DNA from: Octopus vulgaris
Lineage: Eukaryota
NCBI GenBank assembly: GCA_951406725.2
Contig: OX597814.1
Coordinates: 171,988,001 to 172,052,000, forward strand
Direction of reading: 5' to 3'
Length of the DNA stretch: 64,000 nucleotides
Within the stretch, counting starts at the first letter, position 1, and each line of letters opens with the position of its first letter. This document shows, one piece after another, positions 52,090 to 64,000 of the stretch. A program made the position numbers and the translations under genes. The notes below the pieces were generated by a model. The model was not told the DNA's origin, did not search any database, and saw nothing but the letters and a program-made list of their open reading frames with translations.

Positions 52090-52959
52090 ATTTAGCATTC
52101 GTATTGTTCCTACTCAGTAGCCATTGCATCGTCCTGTTCATAAGTGAAAGCTTCGCTAAAGATGTTTTGAGGTTGCTCAAGCAAGCAGGCGAGCAAAAGG
52201 TATGCATGACTTGTTACAGAAAATTACCACCCTTATTTTATGATACTTACCTTTGTCTAGTACCCATTATGTGGTCATCCATCGTTGTACGGGTGGATGG
52301 TGAGCATCTAATTGTTCTTGAATGCAGGGCCTTTATCACGAAGCGTCAACCTGATGATAAGCCATTAATTTATATTCTTTTTCTTTCTTTTATCTATCTG
52401 TGTGTCTGTTTGTCTGTCTACCTGTCTATTTATCTATCTATTTATATCTCTGTGTGTATGTGTGTGCGTGTATGTAACGACATGTATATGTATTTATGTG
52501 TCTATGCGTTTCCATTATGTGTGTATGTGTGTGTTTATGTGTGTATATTTATGTTTGTGTATATGGTGTATAAGTGTGTGAATGTATATAATAGCGATTC
52601 TTAAACTGTCGAATGTCAAGCTACCATGCTAATGTAATTGTTTTCTTTGCCTCCCCCACCATGTCCTTTTTTACCAATGAGAAAACAAAACAACCACCCG
52701 TATAAATTCCTTCTTTCTTGGCCTTTTGTAAGACAAATTTAAAAGTCTAAAAACCATCTTAATCCAATTAAATATGACAAAAAGTCTTATCGGTTTTCAA
52801 TTTTCAATCCTGAAGCGCTCCAGGAGATGGTGGGTAGCTTGCACTCCTTTTAGAAATACTGGCTTATAAGGTATTTTGTTGCAACGTAGATCCCAAAATT
52901 GCCCCTAACAGGCAAATCTCATGCTCTATTCCTAAATGAGAGACAATATTCATTTTATC

Positions 52960-53510
52960 CACCATTATTCGAAATCTTTCTCTCTACAGGTTACACTCTC
53001 TATTAAAACTTTATCTCCAGTAAAGTTGCCTGTGTATATATTATCTGGGTTTCTGCAGTAGTAAATTCCATTAACTCTGATTCAAGGTCTTTCTTTCTTC
53101 CTCATTCTCCCATTATACATCTACTAACCTCTACTACTCTGCAAACATCTCGAAACATTACGAACCTTTTGGCCATAATCTCCTTCTTCATTGACAGCGT
53201 ATATGTCACTTTGGTCCCTTTCGACGTCATCCTCGGTGACTTCAAAGTTTATGACTCCTCGTGGTTCTCACACTCATCCCATAATCCAATACTGATACAA
53301 CCAGTGCAGAGACCGAAGCTGTTTTGCAGTTTTCATGTCACGATATCAACGTGTTTCATTCTCTTCTCTAGTCCCGGAACAACTTACAAGGGTGTATATC
53401 CCATTCATCCTTGACCTATTTCTCACTTTAAAACTAACCACTACTAAGCTGTAACTACTTCTCTTCCAATTGGGTAATCTGACCATTGCCTTATTGCTCT
53501 TTTCCCCTCA
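52960..53510 (+). pseudogene. Decayed LINE APE endonuclease remnant
   Basis: VILGDFKVYDSSWFSHS (GDFN motif), ILDLFLT and PIG*SDHCLI occur in the right order across broken frames. Confidence 0.65.
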
Positions 53511-55341
53511 TACAACCATTTACTGCTGGAGAATAGGACATATAAATATTATTATAAGGTGTAAGGGGAATAATAAATTCGCAATGCACAAAGTAGCTCT
53601 TAAAATGTCCTAAAATCTTACGGGGAATTTACAACCTAAATTCTTGAAGGGAAATAATTTCAAAGGATGTATGTAAATCTGACTTTGAGTGAGAAAGTAT
53701 TTTACTCAAATCGATCAATTTAACAAATCACGATTAACTACAAGTTTGCCATTAGTGCCACATTATACACTAAATGATGAAAGAAGACAATATCTCAGTA
53801 AATAGAGTGCATTTTCAAGATTTTAAATTATTTCGGTTTGAGAGTTAGAATAAACAAAAAGATTTAAACTATGAGGTAGCATACTTGAAAACAGTCACGA
53901 AGGAATATTGTATTAACATCAGCAATATAAATATCAACTATCAACACTGAAAATGCTATTAACGCTTTGAGAAAGCCACATAATTAGAGATTTAGCAGTT
54001 GGATGTCAGTCGTTGATTTTCAACAGAAAGGCACTCATTGTAAATTTAAAAGAAATATAGAAAGCCAAATCAACATATCAACTTTGGCATAGCTCGGCAA
54101 ATAAAATGTAAAATGAAAACACTCGCTTTCTACATAACTAAAGATATATTTCTAGTTTAACTATCTATAACACATTAAAAGTCAGCTTGAATCTTGCTTG
54201 CTTTCTTGCAATGTTACCCAGCCAAACTGGTGCATAATGGAAAATACTATGAATTAAGTTGCCCTGGAATGTTAATACGAACGGAATAAAACAAGTCTCG
54301 CGTAAATCAGACAAGTGGTTTTTCAGCTATTAGGGGTTTTTGGGGTATAAGTATCCAAAATGGTGCATAATGGGAAAATATTCCGAAAATAACTTAATCT
54401 TGAAAGGAAACTCTTGCCTTTTGATTAGACACAGTGACATGACAACGAAAAAATACGATTTGTTTCTTACCGTAAATGTTTCTATTTTCGCTTTTAATCA
54501 TTTAGAAATATTTTTAAGTGAATGTGATTTCAAAAATGTAAGTTGTTTGTACAGTAAGTATTTATATTTTAACTTCTCTGTTATTTGTATATATTTCGTA
54601 AAAGACCTGTTCGTAACCTCGGTATGAAATAACTTCTTTCCATACGTTTCTTTTCGAGTGCACTCAACGTATCTCTCCTTTAAAGATTTGGCTGCTATTT
54701 CTAGCACTCCCTGCTACCACGTAACAGCTATTTGCGATAACGAACCCGAAATATCTGTTACGTGGTACCATTTCCGAGGAAAGGAGCCGTTTACGCGTGA
54801 TTTCGATGTCATTCGTTGATAGTATGCGAAATAACCTGGAAAAGAAAAAAACAAAAGCTCACGAAACTCCGTTGCTGGGGAAACTCAGGCTTTCCCGGTG
54901 ACCCAACAGGTCACGGGTAGTCTAGAGTGTATAGAGAACTATTACTAGCTTAACTAAATATTTAGAAACTTTATACCAAGTGTATTTTCGCGAAATTCCT
55001 TCAAGAATTCATTCAAAGTCCTACGAGGTATTGACTGATGAACAAGTAAATTCAAAGCAGGGATTGAAAGGATGTTATAACCTTTCAATTGATAAACCCG
55101 TGAAAAAACAAATCCAAAATAACAACGCACTTAAATATATAACGTTATGACTTGATTCAATTCAGCACTTATCGTCGCTGGAATCACTGCATCTAGTAAA
55201 GGTACTTGTTTAGTTACAGTCATTAATAATCTTACAATGAACTGATCACCGACTTCTAACTGAAAGCACAAAATATATCTCTGAAACTATATATTTAAAA
55301 AGAAAATGGTGCATTTCTAGCTTATGCTTGTTTTCGAACTA

Positions 55342-55680
55342 CCGTATTTAATCGGGTTGGAAAACAACTCGGGTTCGGCTACGGAACCGGCTTAGAGGCG
55401 TTCAGCCGTTATCGCTCAAAGGCAGCCTGGCACCACCGCTCTATCGAGCGAGCGCGCAAACCGTTGCTCTGATCCCGCGGTTCCTCTCGTACTGGACGGG
55501 ATAGCCGTAGCCGAGTTGACGTTGCAGGCGCCCGCCTAAGGTCGGCGGATTTGATTTTAACTGAAAAAACTTGGGTGCGACTTACACAGAGAGTAAAGCT
55601 AAAACTACGTGGGGGAAAGATATTTGTACTAAGATTTAACATTAAATTACAGGTCAAGACTTATACACGAGTAAGTACGG
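55342..55680. mobile_element. Tc1/mariner-pogo-like MITE with TA target duplication
   Basis: TA|CCGTATTTAATCGGGT ... ACACGAGTAAGTACGG|TA: 16-bp imperfect TIRs (13/16). Internal GACTTA(C/T)ACA repeat at ~55579 and ~55658. Confidence 0.65.
55366..55517 (-). pseudogene. 28S rRNA domain VI fragment (H94-H97 region including the sarcin-ricin loop)
   Basis: Minus strand contains AGTACGAGAGGAAC (55480-55493, eukaryotic SRL) and CTGAACGCCTCTAAG (55391-55405) at the spacing expected in LSU rRNA. The enclosing helices pair. Confidence 0.85.
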
Positions 55681-55949
55681 TAAATTCATTGTTATTATTT
55701 TTACAAAACTTTTATGGCAAAAAAGATCTACAGTGGGAATATCTGCAGAAGAAAGAAGTGCAAATGAGGAAAGAAGAAAATTTTGGTGAAACAAGTCCAT
55801 AACATAAGAATCTACTTTCCAACAAAATGCATTCCCATCAATAGTCTTTCCATTTATTTATTCTGTTGCTGTAGCTGTTTTCCTCACAATAAGCAAAACA
55901 ATATCCTATAACACACTTTCATTGCTAGGACAGCGTCGATAATTGGCAT

Positions 55950-56520
55950 ACTTGTTCGGACTATCGAGAAGTTTCACTGAAACTAATAACAAAGGTCATT
56001 AGTCCTTTCAAAGATTTCTATTGAAATTACGATATTGCAAGATTCCATCTCAATAGCTAAGATAGAAGAAGAGGTTTAAGATCGGTCCTGACACCTTTTT
56101 AGTGTGTTGTGCTATTATTAAGGTTGGACCTTCTAAACAACAATACCAAAAGCAAACAACTCAACTAAGAGCTCAAAAAGGAACTCGAAGTGAAATACTC
56201 AGTTTTTGAAGATATTTTTGTGCGACCCCATATCTTGTCTGATGAATCTACAGCGTGAGAAACACTTTGCATCAGAAAAAAATGGTTACGCATGGATACC
56301 CTTCCTGGAGACTCAGGAATGCTGTCAAAATCAACAAGAGATTTTAAATAAATCTACATTTATCTCAGAAGACGGTCGAAACTTCATTTCCAATAACATA
56401 TTCAGGCCTTAAACAGAAATGTTATACTCTGTACAACTTGGCAAGAGTTTACAAAAGCAGAAGAATGCCTTGAAGGTAAATTCAAGTTATTGCAAATAAT
56501 GGAGTAAATTTTTGGAAAAT
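55950..56520 (-). mobile_element. Possible decayed hAT transposase C-terminal remnant
   Basis: Around 56045-56095 the minus strand gives a frameshifted 'QDRL..L.ILAIE', resembling the hAT dimerisation motif. Weak. Confidence 0.3.
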
Positions 56521-57157
56521 ATAATGTAAGAGCAGAAAATAATCGTATTCCTTAACCCCAAAATTTATTAGTACACACACACCACACACCACACACACAC
56601 ACACACACATCATATATACTATATAATATATATATATACATCGTAAATACTACATATAGTATATATATATATATCTATATATATATATATACATCATAAA
56701 TACTATATACATATATATCAAGTATATACAATGCATGTAATAAATATAATACATACCCACATACAGACACACATAAGTATATGTATATATATTCGTATGT
56801 GGATAATACATTATGAATATGTACTCATATTTGAATACATGCATAGATTTATTCTTTTATTTTTAATGACACTCCCGAGACTCACCTTATAAAATAAGAC
56901 CTCGTTTATTCAACTTGAGAACTATTATTCTACCACATGCCAGCAATTTTGTTGCACGCACGTAGACTCACGCGCGCGTGCGCGCAGACACGGCTAAGCA
57001 CTTTAATATATATATATCCAAATGTCTGAAAAGATCCATAATAGAGAGCATGTATAAGAGATTTTCACATTCACCTCTACAGAAACCTATTCAAGACATC
57101 TTTGCAATGCATGCGCATAATACGTGTACGTATGTGTATATTGGTGTGTGCATATGC

Positions 57158-57221
<64 letters not shown>

Positions 57222-57424
57222 ATATATATATGTGTGTGTGTGTGTTTATATTTGTGTGTGTATGTGTGTGTAGTTTTGTATTTATATATGCATGTATATG
57301 GTATCCAATAAAGACAATTGTACTGAATGTTCTGGTGAGATCGTTGTCAAGAGGTTACAGGGAGATCGTATCAAAAATGAGTAGCTGTCAACACTGAACA
57401 CTTTATGTAAAAAAAAGACCACAT

Positions 57425-57970
57425 CACCTTGTCCCTTCCACCATCATCACAACGACCACGACAACCACCACTACCAGCACCACAACCACCACCACCACCA
57501 GAGCCGCCACCACAACTGCCACCACCACTACCACAACCAACATCACCCCCCCACTGCCATTATGGCTACGACGATGACGACCACCACCACTACAACCACA
57601 ACCACAACTGCCACCACCACTACCACAACCAACATCACCCCCTACTGCCATTATGGCTACGACGATGACGACCACCACCACTACAACCACAACCAACATC
57701 AGCCCCACTGCCATTATGGCTACGACGATGACGACCACCACCACCACTACAACCACAACCACGACAGCAACTACCACCACTCCCCATCGCTCCCACCATC
57801 ACCATTGCCACCACTTCCACCACCACCACCACCACAGCTGCCGCCACCATCATCACTACAACGACCACGACTACCACGATAAACACCATCATCACCACCA
57901 CCACCACCACCACCACCACCACCTACACCACCACCACCACCTACACCACAACCATTACGACAGCTACGTG
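57425..57970. repeat. CAC/ACC low-complexity region with a 3-copy minisatellite
   Basis: AACATCA.CCCC.ACTGCCATTATGGCTACGACGATGACGACCACCACCAC recurs at ~57538, ~57630 and ~57695. Confidence 0.9.
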
Positions 57971-58347
57971 TAACACCAGCAATTTTTAACCTTCCTCTGA
58001 ACACAATCTTTAGCTCTCTCCCTTTGTGTTATCAGCGATTGCAATCATTATCATCCCCCATCAACACTAACTCTTTTCAAAAAACTTCCACTATAAGTTA
58101 CTAAACACTGTCACCAACACATAGATATCACCAGCACCACCAGCACCAGCACCAGCATCACCACCATCAACAGCATTTCAACAGTTGTTTACCACTGCTA
58201 TTATTCCTGGTCTTATCATTGCCGCAAGTAAAGTAGGAACCTCTTACCTCGTCGTCACTGCGAGACGAACAAAAATCTCCTTCAAAACTAACATTAGCAG
58301 AAAGCTTGCCACTCACTCGTTCACTTTTACTAACGTAACACCACCAA

Positions 58348-58394
<47 letters not shown>

Positions 58395-58591
58395 TCAGTC
58401 CTACGACCGTTTTTCATGACCCCCTCCTCCTCCCCCACCAACCTCTGTAGGCACACCAGCCAACGCCAGCATGATATAACCAACATTATCAAGAAAACAG
58501 TAACAACTCGTTCTTAACCTCCCAGCCAGAACCAATAAGAAACAAGAACAAGTACTAAAGCTACAACAACAACAAGAAGAACAACAACAGC

Positions 58592-58661
<70 letters not shown>

Positions 58662-58794
58662 GCAACAACATAAACTGCAACAAGAGCAAGTAACATGAAC
58701 AACAAAGTATCGGTCAAAATGTCAGCCAACGTTTTCTTCTTACCTTTTGGCAGTAAGGGAAAAAGATGAGGGAAAGAAAGAGATAGACAGAGAA

Positions 58795-58834
<40 letters not shown>

Positions 58835-59324
58835 GTAGAGAAGGAGGGGAGAGAAAGAAATATTGGAATAGAAAGAAATCAAGACGAAGAGAGCAAATGA
58901 CAGGCAACAATCCGATGAGGGAGTTAGTAAGAGCAAGAATGAGAGAAAAAAAAAACTTGAGAGAGGTGTGAGCAAGGAAGTCAGTCATTTTGTTTTTTGT
59001 TTCATTTCTGGTGCAACTTTCCCTACTGGCTAAATCTTGTCAAGCCGTCATGTAGTTAAGAAGTACTCTCTTGGACACATTGTCAACTTTGCTGTGAGTG
59101 ATATCAGTGAGAATTTTCTCAGGCAAGTTATCACACGCTGGTTTTTCTTGGAGCGTTTATTATTTGTATTTGTACATTGGTGCTAACTTTGTTACTTTGA
59201 GAAACTATTCTTATAGAGAAAAGTATGTGAACTGACTGATCAATGAAAGAATAAGAAGCAAAAGTGAGATGCATATATATATGTAATGTAACAAACAACG
59301 GTCATAGAAAGTAGTGAGTTATTT

Positions 59325-59959
59325 CTTTTTTTCTATTCTAGGCACAAGGCCCGAAATTTTGGGGGAGGGGGGCAGTCGATTAGATCGACCCCAGTGCGCA
59401 ACTGGTACTTAATTTATCGACCCCGAGAGGATGAAAGGCAAAGTCGACCTCGGCGGAAGTTGAACTCAGAACGTAACGACAGACGAAATACGGCTACACA
59501 TTTCGCCCGGCGTTCTAACGTTTCTGCCAGCTTGCCGCCTTAACGACAGACGAAATGCCTGTTTCTTTATAACCCACAAGGGAACAAACAAGGACAGACA
59601 AACGGATTAAGTCGATTATATCGACCCCAGTGCGTAACTGGTACTTATTTAATCGACCCCGAAAGGATGAAAGGCAAAGTCGACCTCGGCGGAATTTGAA
59701 CCCAGAACGTAACGGCGGACGAAATACCTATTTCTTTACTAACCACAAGGGGCTAAACATAGAGAAGACAAACAAGGACAGACAAACGGATTAAGTCGAT
59801 TATATCGACTCCAATGCGTAACTGGTACTTAATCTATCGACCCCGAAAGGATGAAAGGCAAAGTCGACCTCGGCGGAATTTGAACTCAGAACGTAACGGC
59901 CGACGAAATACGGCTACGCATTTCGCCCGGCGTGCTAACGTTTCTGCCAGCTCGCCGCC
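59325..59959 (-). mobile_element. SINE family B composite multimer inside one imperfect TSD
   Basis: Three body units and two heads, flanked by AAAGTAGT(G/T)AGT(T/C)ATT at 59308-59323 and 59960-59975. Confidence 0.85.
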
Positions 59960-60175
59960 AAAGTAGTTAGTCATTATTTAAAAATGTATACGAGAACGAA
60001 AATACTGATGCATGGTTATAGCTTATCCGGTGAATAGGGAACTTGAGGAAGAATTTGCTATCGTTTCTAGCAGATCCAGCATCACGTATAATGCAATTCA
60101 TTTTGTTGCTACTCTGAGCTTCGAACGACAAAGCTTATTATCAGCTTCGAACGAATAAATTTTATCACATGGTGG

Positions 60176-60630
60176 GTGGCATGGCTTTGTGGTAAGTAAG
60201 CTCGCTTTGTAACTACGTGGTTTCGGGTCCAATCCCACTGTGCGGCACTTTGGGCAATCGTCTTTTACTACAGCTTCGGACCGACCAATGATTTGTGGAG
60301 GAATTTCGTAGACGGAAACTGTGTGGAAGGCCATCTTATATATGCTTGTGAGTGTGTGTATGTGTGTGCTTGTATATATGTGTATCTTTGAGGAAGACCA
60401 ATTTATGTGTGCGTGCGCGTGTGGTTTAGTTAGTTTACTTCAGCATCACTTGACAAGCAGTGGTTGGTTTGTTTGCATCCTTGTAACTTAGCTATTCGGT
60501 GAAACAGGCCGATGGAATAAAAACCAGACTTTTTAAAAAAAATCATTGGGGTCGATCTGTTCAACTAAAACCCATCAAGGCGGTGCCTGAGCATGGCTGA
60601 AATCCAATGACTGAATCAGTATACAGTTAA
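60176..60630 (+). mobile_element. Old diverged SINE family A copy
   Basis: Head, body and tail are recognisable with many substitutions. Confidence 0.75.
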
Positions 60631-62574
60631 AGATAATTAAAAAAATACATGCATCCAGCCATTAGTATTTATACGAAACTGAGACTCCACTAAGTCACTA
60701 TTTTAATTTTTCTCGTTTCTGTTCTCCACAGCGATAGAAATTCATCTCATCATTTTCGAATCAACACATATTTTTTATTCCAATACTTGATTCAGTGTGA
60801 CTTTGCATGTAATTTATAGCATATGTTGGCGTGTGCTAGGCATCACCTATGATTCTGTACAAACGATGTTAAGTGCCAGCAGATTTTAGCTGTTATGATT
60901 TTAGCAGATTTTAGCTCCAGCTTTAACGAAACAGAGCTACAAAGTGTTTGTTCTTGGTCAGTTTTGCAGCTAGGCAATGACTACCATTACAGAAATTGCC
61001 GATTTATGAGCTAGTTCTACCCAAAATCAGTACGCCTATGATATTATACTGTTTATAATTGAAAGCACTTTAAAAGATGCTCGTTCTCGCTCTTACATCT
61101 GTGTGGCTTCTGAAATGTTTCATATGGACATTATATTATTCAACGAGGCAGAACAGGTAGCTTTTCATCCTTTGGCATAATCGATGCAACTTAGTCAACG
61201 GATCAGAATATATTGTTGCATTGATTCTTTCCTATTCTATTAGAATAATGAAGGAGAGTTTCATTTTCTCTGGATCTGAAGGAGTTAATATGGTGTGTTA
61301 TAGAATTATGCATTTCCCCGTGCTAATCATCCAATGTTGATATATATACAAATAACATCACGGAAAACTTAGTTGCGTGTGCCCGTGGTAATGCATGTAA
61401 TGTTTACTGTACAAACGATGAAAAATACCTAAATTACAAAATAAACCAAAATCATACCCTCATCAGCTTTTTAACTACGGAAACTCAGTTTCGATACGTT
61501 AAGATAGAACTGCTACCTTAGTGGTACCAATAAACAATTGAATAAATCGTTGGAGATGTGATACAAAAGCAGGTAAAGCAAATAAATGAGTCTTAGTTAA
61601 GTGTGACAGAGAAGACAACTGATTAGGACGAGAGAACTGAAAACATAGATCAATTAACGATGAAATTTAATTAAATAAAACGCAGACCTTTTTCATAAAA
61701 TAAGATAGATAGACAAAACAACACGATATAATACTTTTGGACTTTTTTATTCTTGGTATTTTGTTGAAGATTCTTCACGAATTCCATCATTAAGAAAGGT
61801 GCTCGTTCCGGTTCTCTAGGTTACAGGGTGGGAGACTAATCCGTGACCTGGTTTAATTCACCACCTGGCCATTGGGCGCTTAAAGTAGAGGTCACTCTGC
61901 TGCAAGTATTCGAGTCAGGTTTCCGATTTGTAAATAACTTCCTTCATACCTTCAGCCCTGGAGGCCCATGATATGTATAAAGTCATAGCACAGACATTCT
62001 TATTCCTTCTCTGAGGATATGGTGACAAAAAATAATGTAACTTATAACTTATCGTCAGAAAACATTTGACGAAAAATGAAATATTTCTTAAAATTTTTGT
62101 GCGTAACATTTGCATTAATGGTTTTTCCCATATAAAACAAGTTAAAGTAGATAGTCCATTGTAAAAAAAAAAAAAAGCTATGTTAGGTATTTTGAGCAAG
62201 GTAACTTGTTGGAAAATCTTATCTTGAGTCTGCGTCAGCTATACAAAGAAAGAAAGGGAAAAGAGAGCACAGATAACTACTGGCATTATGTAACCTAAAC
62301 AGCACCAGAAATTAGCTGTTGGCTCTTTGCCCAGTAGACTAGACCATAGAAGTGTTTAATTGACTCAGTTACCATGAAAATTGAGCAATCGAAAGGAAAG
62401 GAATGAAAATTACCTAAAATTAAAAATGAACTAGCAAAATAAAAAAAAAGAGGAAAAATAAGCAGCTGTATAGTGGTTGTCATATTTTTTATGATACTTA
62501 AGCACACATCTATATCATCGCACAAATCAAAGGTATATAATTACAGGTACAATCCGTTCTGGGTCGGGAGATAC

Positions 62575-63190
62575 TTCAATTAACATCGACCCTAACTTAT
62601 TTCTTTTGTTGAAACTCGAAATGGTGAAAAGTTGAGTCGACCGCAGCAAAATTCGAACTCAAAACACGAAGACAGACGAAATTCCGCGATGTGGTTTGCC
62701 CGGCGTACTAACGATTCTGCCAGCTCGCCACCTTCTCCGTCCCTAATATTCTTTTCTACTATAGGCACAAGCCCTGAAATTTTGGTGGGAAGAGGAAAGT
62801 CAATTACACCAATGCTAGTGTCTTACTGGTCGTCGACCCAAAAAGGATAAAAGGCGAAGTCGACTTCGGCTGAATTTCAGAACGTAAAGACGGACGAAAT
62901 GCCGCTAAGCATTTTGCCAGTGTGCTAACAGTTGTACCAGTTCGTTGCGTTCTCTGTCTGTAATATTAATTTTAAATTTTGGCACAAGGCCAGCAATTTC
63001 TGGGAAGCGGATAAGTAAGTTACATCGACCCGGGGACCCAGCTGGTACTTATTTTATCAACTCCCTAAAGGAAGAAGGGCAAAGTCAACCACGACTGTAT
63101 TTGAACTGAGAACGCGCAGACCGACGAAACACCACTAAGCACTTTACCCTGCATGCTAACGATTCTGCTAGTTTGCCGCCTTTCACCGCC
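62575..63190 (-). mobile_element. Three tandem degenerate SINE family B units
   Basis: Repeated GACGAAA..CC.CTAAGC..TT.GCC..CTAAC..TT.T.CCAG blocks ending near 62730, 62950 and 63180. Confidence 0.7.
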
Positions 63191-63598
63191 CGTAATATTG
63201 AAAAGTTTGCAAGTACACATACGTATGTTCTTTTGTTCTTGTTTATCTCTTCTTAATTGAGTTAATTCTATTTAATCACGGATTTTTTTCTTAATAGAAA
63301 AGCAATAGTACTTTACCTCACACAGTCCTCTGAATATACACACAATATTAGAATTATATGCTTGAACACACAGTTCTCCTGGATTGCATTGCAAGTTTCA
63401 GGTGAATGCATCATGTTAAAAACAAGTTAAAAATTAGGGTTTAAAACAGCAGGCAAGTCAAAGTTCTTGCACGCAAGATGGAGTATTTCCGCCTCTGGAA
63501 TTCGTTCCACTCTAGGTACTTGTTAGTTAATTAGTAACTATTGTTGTTGCAGCTGTTGTTGTTATTTAGGATACAAGGCATCTAACCATGTCCATTCA

Positions 63599-63671
<73 letters not shown>

Positions 63672-63672
<1 letters not shown>

Positions 63673-63828
63673 CGTGGCTGTATGGTAAGAAGCTTGCTTC
63701 CCAACAAAATGGTTCTGGGTTCAATCCTTACTGCGTGGCACCTTGTGCAAGTGGGTTCTATTATAGCCTCGAGCCGACCAAAGCCTTGTAAGTGGATTTG
63801 GTTGGCGGAAACTGAAAGAAGCCCGTCG

Positions 63829-63830
<2 letters not shown>
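63672..63830 (+). mobile_element. SINE family A 5' half running into a microsatellite
   Basis: GTGGCTGTATGGTAAGAAGCTTGC...GGAAACTGAAAGAAGCCCGTCGTA. Confidence 0.8.
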
Positions 63831-63902
<72 letters not shown>

Positions 63903-64000
63903 GTAAATATGCATGTATGAATGTGAATATTACACACACACACAAACACGCACACGAACACACACACACGCACGCACACACACACGCACACACACACACA

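Noticed and set aside
55366-55517. Functional rRNA gene
   Set aside because: Only ~150 nt of 28S-like sequence is present, with no flanking rDNA.
57424-58004. His-, Thr-, Gly- or Val-rich ORFs resembling mucin or His-rich structural proteins
   Set aside because: The region is open in several frames on both strands because it is a CAC/ACC triplet expansion. No splice or domain support.

Overview
AT-rich, microsatellite-dense animal DNA with no convincing host protein-coding gene. The SINE and repeat repertoire looks like an octopus/coleoid cephalopod genome, but that is recognition from memory and was not searched. The centrepiece is an apparently intact ~4.25 kb CR1-group LINE (~24881-29126, +). 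Its ORF1 is an array of CCCH zinc fingers and its ORF2 is a 993-aa APE endonuclease plus reverse transcriptase. A U_UUU_UUA slippery heptamer in the ORF1 frame sits 3 nt after the last ORF2-frame stop and is followed by a potential stem, which suggests retrovirus-style -1 frameshifting into ORF2. A second unusual object is a TA-flanked Tc1/pogo-like MITE (55342-55680) carrying a structurally intact 28S rRNA domain VI segment that includes the sarcin-ricin loop. The rest is two abundant tRNA-type SINE families that share a central module, decayed Penelope-like, R4/Dong, RTE, CR1 and hAT remnants, hammerhead-like fossils, several long inverted repeats and tandem duplications. Nearly all short ORFs in the track are microsatellite or SINE artefacts. 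Repeat boundaries were estimated by eye.
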